Source: Tricharina praecox
Lineage: Eukaryota
Direction of reading: 5' to 3'
Assembly: GCF_024521635.1 (NCBI RefSeq)
Contig: NW_026250449.1
Span: forward strand, 62,001 to 121,505
Length of the DNA stretch: 59,505 nucleotides
The position numbers and the translations under genes are program-made. The notes beneath the pieces are model-generated. The model was not told the origin of the DNA. It did not search any database and saw only the letters and a list, made by a program, of their open reading frames with translations. Numbering within the stretch: the stretch's first letter is position 1; every line of letters begins with the position of its first letter. Below are positions 1 to 11,911 of the stretch, in pieces.

Positions 1-46
1 CTACCATTCATCCACAAATTGTACTGTGCTTACGTGTATTTCTTAG

Positions 47-3000
47 CGAGTTGATAGATGCCAATGCACACCTAAACCTTCAGGACATATCGGGGTTTTC
101 ACCGATGCACTTTGCGGTGCAGCAGAAGCTGTCCGACGGTCGAACTTTACTCGCAAGAGAAGCAGATGTTGAGACTTGCGCACGAGACGGCACTTATCCG
201 CTACACTGGGCAACGAAAAGCGAAGATCGATGGGTGGAGGAGTTGCTGAAACATAAAGCACGGGTTGAGGTCCGCGACAACACCAAACGAACGCCGCTCC
301 ATTGGGCAGCTTTGGGGGGAAAAAAGGACGCCGTTGTTCGATTGCTGCTGGCTGGTGCTTCACCGAAAGCACAGGATGAACAGCAAATGACACCTCTGCA
401 TCTCGCGGCCATTGCCGGTGACTGTGACTGCATCGAATCATTATCCGAAGGTTCCGACGTGGAGGCGAAGGAAAAAAGTCAGAGAACACCACTCATGCTG
501 GCTGTATTGAACGACAATGAAAACGATGGCGCCGTGGAACTTCTCCTGAAGAAGAAGAAAGCTAACATAAAGGCCACGGACGCCGATGGTAGGACTGCCC
601 TCCATCTCGCAGCCTGGAAGGGCCACAATTCACGGGTGGCACTTCTACTCAACGCCCTGCAGAGCCAAGGGAGCGCCGGTAAAGAGGAGGCGCAAGAGGA
701 AACAACCGAAACCCGCAGGATGACCCCACTCCACATCGCGGCGTCTCGTGGCCACAAATCCACAGTAAAACTGCTGTTGGATAGAAAAGCGAACAGCCAA
801 GCAAAGGATAGCGGGGGAAACACAGCTTTATCTATTGCGCTATCGGAAGGACACTCAACGGTGGCAAGGGTGTTGCTGGACGCGATTTTCGGCATTCCCG
901 GCAGGGACGAAGATTTACCGCCCCCATTTGGTTCGGAGACATTTCACCTACCAGAGGTCGCTAATGGCCCACTGCTAAGTGCTGACATGTTGCGGAGCTA
1001 CAACATCGACATCTTGGCCAAGAACCATGACGGCCAGACGGCACTCCATCTAGCGTCCGCCTGCGGGCAGAAAGGAGTTGTAGCTACGTTACTGGACTGT
1101 GGGGTAGATCAGAACGAAACGGATTCTCAAGGGCGAACAGCGTTACATCTAGCAACGTTGAAAGGCCGCGAAGAGGTCGTTAAACTGTTACTTGAACAAG
1201 GAGCCAACTTGTATGGCGTGGATACGCACGGGGAAACGGCGCTCCACATTGCGAGCGAGTGCGGACACGTCCCCATCGTACAGCTGCTCCTCGAGAAGGA
1301 TCAACTAGAGGCGGATAAACTAGAGGCGGATAAACTAGAGGCGGATACGGGAAGAAGTCCGCCGAAAAACCGTGTCTCGTTTATCGACATCCAGAATTCC
1401 AGCGGGTCGACGGCCTTGCACCTAGCTGTCCGGACCGGAAACGAAGAGCTTACAAAGCTTCTACTGGATTGGAAAGCCTCGGCCACAATCTCGAACGGTT
1501 CGGGAAACACCCCACTACTTATTGTCATCAAGCACACCATTAATGATGTTCCCTTGGTCAAAATATTGCTTGAAACCGGCAAAGCGAACACAGAAGCGAA
1601 AGATGGAGACGGATACACGGCACTTCACCACGCCATACGCATCAAAAACATGGATATCTTCAACCTCCTCATCTCGAACGGTGCCGACGTGAACGTCCTG
1701 GACAGGTCACGAAATTCGATGTTGCACTTCGCAGTTCAGCGATCCTTTCTAGACGCTGTTAAACCACTTATAGACTCCCGGGTAAGTATTACTTCGCGGA
1801 ACGAAGCCGGCGAAACAGCTCTACATCTCGCCGTCGAGGGATCCGATGCAGCCATCCTCACCGCCTTACTCGAAGCGGCACCCTGTGCCTCCAGCGAATG
1901 CAATCATGACCAATTCTGTGCAATACCCAGCGTTGATGGAAGCACGCCCATGCATTACGCCTTTAATCAAGATTTCTGGTCTCCAACCATAGCCAGGCTT
2001 CTCATTGCGCACGGTTCCCCTCTCGAACTCGAAAACCAGTTTGGAAAGACACCAATTGACTATTTAATGAAACAGGATCCAGCAATTTTGGTCGAAGCCA
2101 TGACTGTGATGCTTGAGGTAGACGGCACAGCGGCAACAGTTCTACGTCTAGCTTCTGCTACTGGTATAGATACGATGGTCGCAAGAGCATTATCGAAAGA
2201 TGCGTCGATCATCAGCAGCCCAGACAGGCGCGGCAACACTCCTCTGCACTATGCGCTGACGAACGACCGCCACACAACATCTATCAGATTAAAAGTTGAG
2301 CACCAAGCCGCAGTGGACAAGCCAAACAACAATGGAGTCACACCGCTACACGTTGCGTGCGATCGAGGGTGCGGTGAATGTATCAAGGAGCTACTTGATT
2401 CTAAAGCTCAAGCAGATGCCAAGGACAAATCCGGAAGAACACCTCTTTTCATGGCGTTAACTCAAGGCTTTCGAAATATGAGAGATGGAGCGATCGAGGA
2501 GCTTGTGAAGTTATTCTTGGAACACAAAGTCGATATCTCCGCGATAGACAATCACGGTTGGTCAACACGCGACCAAGCCCAGAACCGTGTCCCGGGGCTT
2601 CGCCTGGAGCCCACGGTCGACTCTGCCGTATCGCCTCAAACACCGAGCACTTGGAGCACAGAATACAGTCACCCTAATCTGCGAGTGGAAGTCATTGGCC
2701 CTGAGATCAACCTGTCAATTGAACCTCAGAATCCCCAAACGTTCAGCTGCGTTGCATGTCGAGCCGATCATCCATTTCCGCCCCAATTCTCCTCAGTTCC
2801 GGTGGACGGCGATTCTTCGGAAAACCGTCAGTATTCTAATGCCCCAGCGTACTTCGAAATAAGCGTGGTTCGTATCAGTGGTGACGGGTAGGTTGGTCGG
2901 TACCTAGTGCGCCACAAAAGATCGAGGCTAACAGGCTCAGTCTCGTTGGTATAGGACTCTGCCACACGCCATTCCCGTGTTTCACAATGATGCCTGGTTG

Positions 3001-3772
3001 GTTCCGCGATTCGTGGGGATACCATGGCGATGGAGGTCGTTTTTTTTTAAAGTCGGGGTCTCCTGAAGAGCCACCTGTAGTCTGCAGACTGAAGTATGGT
3101 ATTGGTGACACGGTGGGCTGTGGTGTGGATGAAGAAGGAAATCTATTCTTTACCAGGAATGGTGAACATCTAGGTAAGCTCGCTAGTAACTGGGATTTCC
3201 TGTCGGTTTCGATCTGCATACACTGACCGTGTTTCTATGTAGGTATTGCGAAACGTGGAATGACCGGCCAATTATTTCCGCTTGTCGGTATAACAGCGCG
3301 TGGCGGCCAAATCACGGCGAACTTTGGAGCAAAACCATTCAGATACACACCAGACACCACGGGTGGAGAGAAGGCAGAAAAGTTGAGGGATACGGTGCTG
3401 AAGGAGGCAACTACCGAAGACATACAAACGCTACCCACTCAAGACGGGAGCCAGTCCGGGGGTGGTTTCCGGCCGATAGAAAGTCCCACCGACAAAAACG
3501 TCCTAGTCCTTTCGGCGAATGCTCCTACTGTCGGCCGGTCGGACCCTGAGCGAAACTCCGAGACCAAAGGTGATGGAGGTCGCAATGGTTTGGACGTCGC
3601 TGACGGTATTGCAGAAGAACCTGCAAATACCCCGGGCCAGGAAGACGACTTCGCCGAAAACGAACAGCCGAAGCTTTCTTCCAACACTATCAGCCGTCCA
3701 TCCCCTGTTGGAGGCTCGCCTGAGCAGGATACGCCAGAGGTTGCAGGTGCTGACAGTGGAGGAAGTACATAG
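47..3772 (+). CDS. Ankyrin-repeat protein with C-terminal SPRY domain, 5'-partial; exons 47-2887, 2941-3173, 3243-3772
   Basis: About 20 TPLH/TALH ankyrin repeats in ORF 51-2891. Introns GTAGGT..GCTAAC..CAG (2888-2940) and GTAAGC..CTGAC..TAG (3174-3242) join in frame to YFEISV..VGIG..MPGWFRDSWGYHGDGG..GDTVGCG..FFTRNG..LFPLVG..ANFGAKPF, the SPRY signature. An acceptor TAG at 44-46 shows the gene starts upstream of the window. Confidence 0.88.
1303..1348 (+). repeat. 15-bp coding tandem repeat x3 (LEADK) inside the ankyrin-SPRY gene
   Basis: AACTAGAGGCGGATA repeated three times. Confidence 0.9.
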
Positions 3773-4558
3773 TGTATTGATCTCCGTTCCTTGATTGCAT
3801 TTTTGTTTCTTATATTTCAGTCTTTTTTGCGGTTGATTATTTCTAATGTATACGCTCACCCACTTTTATCGGTCATGTATGTAGGAATCTTTCTTAGCGG
3901 GGATCCTCAAGTTTTTGCTTTCGCTCGTCTCTTTCTATTGTTATCGTAAGCACCTGGTATTCAAGACGTAGCTCAGAATGGAATTTATGCGCCGCCGGAA
4001 GTCCTCTAAAATTCGCCTAGGTATCTCCTCATGAACTCGCCGTTTGTTTCCCGCAAGCCAATGCCACACTAATTGGAGGAACGGTGGCGCTTTGAGACAC
4101 ATCTCTTTGCCACAGTGACCAAGAAGATGTCGGCACGTCTGTTGTGTCTTGTCTACCAGCATAATCCGAGGAACTTTACGTACTCTACTCATGTAGGATA
4201 GAGATGGTGGATAACATCAAGGCGATTGATAAGATACAATAAGATAAGAGTGTGATGAGGCTCGTCTGATCAGCCGGATCGAGTGGTTCCGAACCGAATG
4301 GTAAGACACCGACGCTACGCATCTTTAGGTTAGGTAGATACCTAACTACTCCAGGTAACCGGTATGGACAGTTGCAGCGGAGGAACCATGTAAGATGAAA
4401 CCCCGAAGTTGTATAGGCACTCTAGCACCTCATCTTCTCAATGTATCATCCTTTTTGTTTTCATCGTTCCCGTTCCCGTTTACCGGGCTACGTCAATTCT
4501 GGAAAGTGCCTACCTCCCGAAGTTACATCAGAGTACCTTCATAAGTGCCTATCTAGGT

Positions 4559-5993
4559 CCCTAGGGTACAAGCAATGCGTCAAATACGCATTGCGGGCAA
4601 ATGCGTTTTTCGATGCATTTTTCGATGCGTTTTTCGATGCGTTTTTCGATGCGTCTGCAATGCGTCTGCAATACGTCTGCAATGCGTTTTGCAATGCGTT
4701 GGGTTGTAAAACACGTTCTTTTAGGTAATTTGCAGTGCTATCAAATGCGTTATATACATGAATCTGTGGTACCTACTATGCGCCTTGTCCTCCTAAGGAT
4801 CCCTTCCTACAGTTGCCTCGCTGCATATCACACTCCCACCGCCACTGGCCCACTGGTAGCAGACCCTCCCCGCCATGGATACCCCACTCCCATCGCCGCG
4901 GATACTACATTCCCGTGCCTGGCTTCCTCGCTGTCCTCGCCGCTGTTCTTGGTGTCCTGTGCTCGCAGTCAGCCAAGTTGGTCTTCCCACACTCATTCTG
5001 ATCCCGCCGGGGATACTACACAACTCCATCTAGCCGCGGATTGTACATTGTTGTAGCGGAGTGGTGATGGAGCTGTAGGCGAAAGGAGGATCTGTCAGCG
5101 AGAGGAAACGAATGTGGTAGTAGTGAACATCAACTTTGGTGGGCATTTCGGGGTCGGCCAAATGAGGAGAGGGGGACTTAGGCTGGCACCCACTGGTTTT
5201 CTTCTTCTTTCTTGATCATCATCTATCGAATAGACGGTTAACCTCCCAACTCCGCTCTCTCCTCTGTGTGTGCTCCCATCCTCGCCACGCCGGTCGACCT
5301 GGAGAAGATTGGCACAATATTGAGAGTGTGTACAAAAGTACACGTTGTGACAACGAGTTTAACTTCTTGGTGGCGAGGCCATAAACCTAGGTGACGAGGC
5401 CACAAACTTAGCCATGGTGGCCTACCGCCGCCGGTATTCACCATAAGAGCCTCACCGGTAGTGGATGTGGTGAAGATGATGGTGATGAGAGAGAGAGCAG
5501 AGCACGGTGGCAGTATACCTAGACAGGAGTACTGTAACATCACCGTGATGCGCATTACGAAGGCCAGCATCATCGCACTGTCAACATGAACTTCAGCAGA
5601 CTGTCGAGGTCGGGTTTTTATTCGAGGCTGGCGGGCTTACTTAGTCATTCTTACTCGGTGACTGGAGTCATTCCTGATTATTGACTAGAGTCATTCCTTT
5701 AATTACTAGGGTAATTCCCTAACTGTGTGGATTGATTGACTCTTCCAATGCTTCCCGGATGACACTTGTACGTAATAAAGACAAATACAACAACTTTCCT
5801 TCTCAACTACTCCCCATCTACATATCTTTAAAGTTTAGAGCACACCTGAGAATAAAGCTTGGCAGAATTCACGCATTTTTTGGGCAATAACGCGATTTTC
5901 ACGGTGGGTATCTGTCACTAAAACTGTGCAACGCATTTTACGACATTTCGGGTGCGTTAAACGCGTGATCAACGCATTGCTCGTACCCTAGGG
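4559..5993. mobile_element. Non-autonomous TIR DNA transposon (about 1.43 kb)
   Basis: 22-bp inverted termini CCCTAGGGTACAAGCAATGCGT (4559-4580) and ACGCATTGCTCGTACCCTAGGG (5972-5993), one mismatch. GGT flanks both sides. Subterminal tandem repeats (GCGTTTTTCGAT)x4 and GCGTCTGCAAT-like units at about 4601-4700. No transposase ORF. Confidence 0.7.
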
Positions 5994-6438
5994 GGTAGAA
6001 CATATCGAGGGGAGATTTACTCGTAGCTGGCGTTATCGCTCTGGAAAACTCCTGCAGGATTTACTCATCGGTTGCTGCTTCAACCATCTCACGCCAGACG
6101 ATGACGAATAGAGTAGGTACCAACTACTTCGATCGGATGTCGACGTTTCTGGAAGCCAGATCGCACACGTATAAACAGAGCAGAACTAAAGGGAGCAGGT
6201 GTTGTAGGTTTATCAAGGCAACGGAGATGTATGAATTTGATTGTTGGTTATGTTATGGTATGGGAAGAAGAGCTATAAAACTTTAATCTACCTAGACGGT
6301 GGGAGGTATGTACATAGGCGGACGAGCGCAACAGCGAGAGTACCAACCTAGTGGTCAGGCCCCACAGTTGCTGCTACGGACAATCGGAGGATGAGGAAGA
6401 AGAACTGTCTTCCAGGGTGTCCAGGAACTCACCTTCCG

Positions 6439-9400
6439 TCACGTATCCCCCATCCTCAGTAGCGAGCCGTTGCGCCCTCCAGTCATTCGCAATGGCCATG
6501 ACGTCGGCTCCCTAGTCGAGCAGCAGCCGCGCCAATTTTCGGTCTCCTCGCTCCGAGGCGTAGTGTAGTGGCGTACATCCGTCGTTGTCGGCGGCCAAGA
6601 CATCGGCTCCCTGGTCGAGCAGCCGCCATGCCGTCGCTCTGTGTCCTCCATGTTATTCCCGGGAGGCTACGTGCAGCGGCGTCGCCCCGTCATTATTGGC
6701 AGCCGAGATATCGGCTCCCAGGTCGATTAGGACCCGCACTATGCAATCGTCTCCTCACATAGAGGTGACGTGCAGCGACGTACTCCCGTCGTTGGCAATG
6801 GCCAGAATTTCGGCTCCCCCATCGATCAACAACCGCGCCATCCCCGGGTTTCCTGCATTCGAAACGCTGTGCAGCGGCGTCCACCGGTCGTTAGCAATGG
6901 CCATGATGTCGGCTCCCCGGTCGATCAGCAGCCGCGCCGTCCCTTCGTGTCCTCTCTCGGAGGCCATGTGAAGCGGCGTTGCCCCGTCGTTGGTGGCGGC
7001 CGCGATCTCGGCTCCTAGGTCGATCAACAGCAGAGCTATCGCCTCGTCACCTCCCTACGAGGCGAAGTGCAGCGCCGTCCTCCCCTTGTTATCGGCGGCC
7101 AAGACTTCGGCTCCCCGGTCGATCAGCAGCCGCACCGTCGCCGCCGGTCCTTTCTGTGAGGAGAGGTGCAGTAGGGTCCTTCCTTCGTGGTTTGCGGCCG
7201 TGAAATCGGCTCCCCGGTCGACCAGCAGCCGCGCCATGTTTCTGTGTCCTGCCGCCGTGGCGTCGTACAGCGCCATCCTCCCGCTGTTATCGGTTGCCAA
7301 GATGCCGGCTCCCCGGTCGATTAGCAGCAGCGCGATCGCCTCGTGTTCTCTCGCCGACGCGCGGTGCAGTGGCGTAAATCCTTCCTTGTCGGCGGCCAAG
7401 ACGTCGGCTCGCCGGTCAATCAGCAGCCGCGCCGTTTCTTCGTGTCCTCTCTCCGAGGCGCAATGCAGTGGTGTCGGTCTCCGCTCATCGGTGGTCGTGA
7501 CGTCGGCTCCCAGGTCGATCAGCAGCCTAGCAATCTCTAGATCTCCAAATCCGCACGCACACCGAAGTAACTCGCTCATGTAGGTCTTGTCTAAACTGAA
7601 GGGGATGAACTCGAATGTGCTTCGAAACTTCTTTGTTAACCCAGACCCACTGACGGCAGAGCGTTCGAAGTTTTCGTTTTGCTTCTGCACAGCGAGGACT
7701 CTACGCCAAAACACGTCGGCGTCATTGTAGCCGATGTTAGAATATACCGTCGTGCGACAATGTTGCAGCCATCGGGAATGATTCGTCACGGATGTGAATG
7801 CCGCCCAGAGGCCATCCAGAATCCGACAGGCTTCCGCATCATCGTCGTAACGCGACATGGGCCACGGCCAAAACACCGTCGCGTACATCAATAGGTTGCG
7901 GTCGCGGTACAGTCTTGGGTCGGTCACTGAGTTATCATAATCATTCCAAGCGGTTGGCGTGCACAGTAGTGAAAGGCAGAATTTCGATTTTTCTGTGTAG
8001 GAATCGACCTTGGACAGCCGGGTCTCCAGGAATTCATCCGCCGAAAAGTGTGCAAAACGTAAAACGTCGAAATGTTCGTCCAAAATCAGAAGATTTTGGC
8101 AAGCCTTCAACAGGTCGTTCGCCTTTACCGTAGGGTCGTGGAAGAATTCGTCCGAGCCGCCAAGCTTGACCGTGCTCGCAGCAAGTAGTGCTCTCGAATT
8201 CAGCGGTTCGTAAGAACATTTGATCCACTGGAACGCGTTTAGTGCTAGCTGAGGGGTGCTGCCTTTCTGTTCCGCGATACGGTCATAGATTTGGTCGTAT
8301 GCGAGTGACAGGGTGTCCGGAAGGACACTGTACGTCACATCGTTCTGGGTGGGCATATTGCAGAGTAAGGTGATGTGAAGTGCGGCGAGTTGGAACCTGG
8401 CAGTTACCCGTCAACATTTGATATCCTTCGATTCCCGAAGTGGTGAGGGTCAGCCTACATTCCGTTGGATTGCTTGCGGAGGGTGCCGCATATTTTAGCT
8501 TTGAGGTCATCCGGCACATCACCATGAAGCAGTTGGCCATCATCGATGACGCTCTGAACCTTGCTTTGCACGAAGTGGTTGATGTCGCCTTCCTTGTCTT
8601 CGGGTCGCAATTCGATCCTCGGAAACTTCTCAAATTGCAGGAGAATGTCGGGGTCCATTCGAGTAGTCGCGAAGATTCTGACGAGATTCTGAGATCTCTC
8701 CATAACTAGGCACAGCGACTCCAGCAAAGCTATCCGCATCCGGTGTTCGACTTCATCCAGCGCATCAATGCATATTGTCGTCTGTGGATAAATATCCGTG
8801 AGCCGAACAAGGAGCTTCTGGCTTTCGGCAAGGCTCGGGGGTGAATACACATTACCCCTTTGTCGTTAGGCTTCGTATAGATCAATGACTGGCTTCAGGA
8901 GCTCTTCGGATCCAACCTGAGCAAGCTGCAGGATGAGCGTTTTCAGAATGCTCTCGGGATTTCGCCGGTCTTCCTCGGCGCGATTGCAATAGAAGTACGC
9001 GAACCCCTCGGTTGTCGGATTGGAAAGGAAAGAGTCGACAAAAGTCGATGCGACGTATGTTTTGCCGGCTCCAGCTAGTCGACCGCGCGGCCCAGTCAGA
9101 CGAAAACTCGATCGTTCCCAGAAAGGAGTCATATCGAAACTTACAGGCTCCGTGTAGCAGTAAAAGCTTCGAGGCACTCGATGATCTCCATTCGCAGTAT
9201 TCGTGCCTGCCAAACAGCCATTCGCAGGGGTTCTTTAGACGTCCTTCGCTTATGCGCTTATGATGCTGCGTGTAAGGGATTTCTGATATCCAGCTGAGGA
9301 TCCCCGTCCTCGTGTACGATGACTATGGAACACGGTGAGTAAACCGACAGCGAGAAGACTTTGCGCGTGAACTTTCATACTCCATAGTTTTTTTCGCCGT

Positions 9401-10728
9401 ACGTCCTTGATCAGAGGCTGAAAACTTGCATTTGCAGCCCCGATACTGTCCAGGTGCGTCTGAATCGCCTGCGATCCCGTCCGTGTAGCTGCACAGCTTT
9501 AGCAATGCACTTTCGCGTGGTAGCGGTAGTCGCATGATAGAGTACATTGATTTTCGGCGGTATCAGCCTAATAACCAACCGTTTTCTCCAATTCCGCTAC
9601 CTCCTTGAAATCTTTCCCGTTGTGTATACCGCGTCGATGGGGTTATCTGAGATGGAGTTAGCGGTGGGATATCCGAGCCTAACTAGTCCGACGATAATGC
9701 GCACCTTTCGATCTCTGTATGGCTTTCGCGAAGAACCTCAAGATTGCTGTGTAAAGCCGCGATATGGATTTCTCCAGATTTTTGGAAGCCGCCGTTGCGT
9801 CACCGAGGTGCAGATGTTCGAGCACAGCGCAGCGATCTACGATGCCGGCAATCTTCTCAATTCCAAGTAGTATCGCATCCAATGTTCCCAGCCTGTCCAA
9901 ACAGATCTATGGCCATCAGCATTAGCTGCAGTTCGGCTTCAATCGCAGGACGGAGCCACTCTCTGGCACCACCACCACAACCACCACTGTGATTCGGAAA
10001 TGGCCAAGCGCGACACGATGAAAGAAAAAAGAAAGCTCGGCCTGACCTGCAGAAGAAAACGAAACCCCCCCCCCCATGGTAGCGTCGGATGCCGCGAATC
10101 GTATTGCATCATCATATCGGCTATCTGCTTGAACCTGTCTGCCCATCGTAGGATTTTCATCGCGATATATCTCATCACCAGTTGCTCGCCATCGAGTAGC
10201 ATCTTCCAGTCCTTTCGTTTATGCGTTTTCATGACTCCTTCGATTAGGTCTTCCACGTCGGACACAACCTGGCGGGTGTCCATCGCGACGTCGATACCTG
10301 CAAGCAGTGTCTGCTCTTCCGAAGAGACCTCGGTGAAGGCCCTTCTCCACAGAGACTGACCGTCGGTACTCCCGGCAGTAGCCGTCGAAACAGGTTGTCC
10401 GTACCCTTCGTTCTGCACCTGGATGCGAATCGCAGCGTCTCCTGTCGTCGGAGCAGACGTCAGCACAGGCGGATCGGATCCGACAGCGACATCCCTAGCT
10501 GCACCGTGGAGTGGAGTATTCAGCGACGATGTTTTCGGTATCGACTGCTGCGGTGTGCGCGTGCTGGGAGCTCCAGTGGCTAAGGGCACTATCGTTTCAC
10601 AGGGAGACTGGATCTGCGGCTGAGGTTTGTGTCGCTAACCTGCCGCCACTGCCTAATTGTAGGGGGCTAGCCGTCTCCTGGCGCGACGGCTTTGGGCTTT
10701 CCAGCTCACTGCGCGTTTCTGGAGCCAT
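6439..10728 (-). pseudogene. NLR-1: NACHT_N-NACHT-winged helix-ankyrin NLR pseudogene
   Basis: Colinear with NLR-2: LWRRAF..KILRWADRFKQIAD..YDSRHPTLPW, Walker A AGAGKT, Walker B ICIDALDE, LALNAFQWI, ankyrin repeats, same intron positions. Broken by a stop/frameshift near 10595, a frameshift near 9600, TAA plus frameshift at about 8866, TAG at 7055, and decayed terminal repeats. Confidence 0.88.
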
Positions 10729-11911
10729 GGCGTCTCGGGGTGATCGGCAGCTCGGTACGTAGCCTGTTCCTCGGGGGTGCGGATAATCGCGATCGTCTGT
10801 CGAGTCGAACGGTCGGCACTCGGGCTATATGCAATGACGCGGGGGAAATGAAAGAATGGGCAAGTAGATGTGGATGGCGAGCGAGGGTCGCACTGCTCTA
10901 CTATATACGTTCGTTGCTATCGACGTTTCGCGATGAGGACGAGAATTGAGGGGTTGGGATGCCCCGCGTGCGTCAGTAGTTCTCGGTGGCTAAGAATAAA
11001 GAGGGCACCAAACATTTAACAGGGTCGCAAACGGACCAGGTACCCATCATAAGACTTGAATGGAACAGAGCAGCCGAAGACTGTTCATCTTTGAGTAGTC
11101 ACATTGGCCCTTGTTTCTCAACTGTGGCTGAACAATTGCGTGGGACTGGTGGTCTATGATCGTGGGTAACCATCATAATCCCGTATGAAATCAAGAAAAG
11201 TTGGCGTGTTTCATCACTTGAACTGTGTACATACTGGTAGCAATACCACCTTTAGGTACGCCGGTGGTGGATACGCAAGGAATATGAGGAGAATGAAGAG
11301 GTTGAGGTTCTACTCAAACTACATCTCAGAGCACCATCTCATCGCTGCTCCGCTCCTCCAAGGCTAACCCAATGACCTCTAGCGTACTTCGTCCCCATTG
11401 GATGTCATCCGATCCGGCTATCTTATCCATAACCACTTCAGATCTATCCTATCAGATCTGAGCACATCTGATCTTATCTTATCTTTTGCATCCCTTGCAG
11501 GAACCGATCCCAAGCCGACACAACCACGCCCGGTCGCGAGATTTCAACCGAAGACACGCGCAGCCATGGCTTACTACACCACTAATCACACGGATTGATG
11601 CCCGAGTCGCTGGAAGCTACGCATATCGAGCAATTAGAATTGGTATATATGGAGTATACCGCCTGGATTACTGTACACTGCGTCCTTGAGAAAATCACAT
11701 CGGTAGTTGAGCACGATATCATCGCAGACCAGATAGATAGAAGCCTCCCACAGGGTAAACCAATACGTTGGAACTATTATGACAACGGATGATAGTGTAA
11801 GAGGGGAAATGGAAGGAAAGAACGTAAATGTTGGACCTCCAGTACCCGGCTGATATTCGCACGAATTTAGACGTTTCGGGAACCCGTCTCGCATACATGA
11901 AGAAATACGAA

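Noticed and set aside
4601..4700. Short regular repeats resembling a CRISPR array
   Set aside because: No unique spacers, eukaryotic context, and explained as transposon subterminal repeats.
6568..7583. Plus-strand ORFs with SAPRSISSRA repeats (also 12042-13286 and minus-strand ORFs within 25438-28317)
   Set aside because: Antisense shadows of ankyrin-repeat coding sequence.
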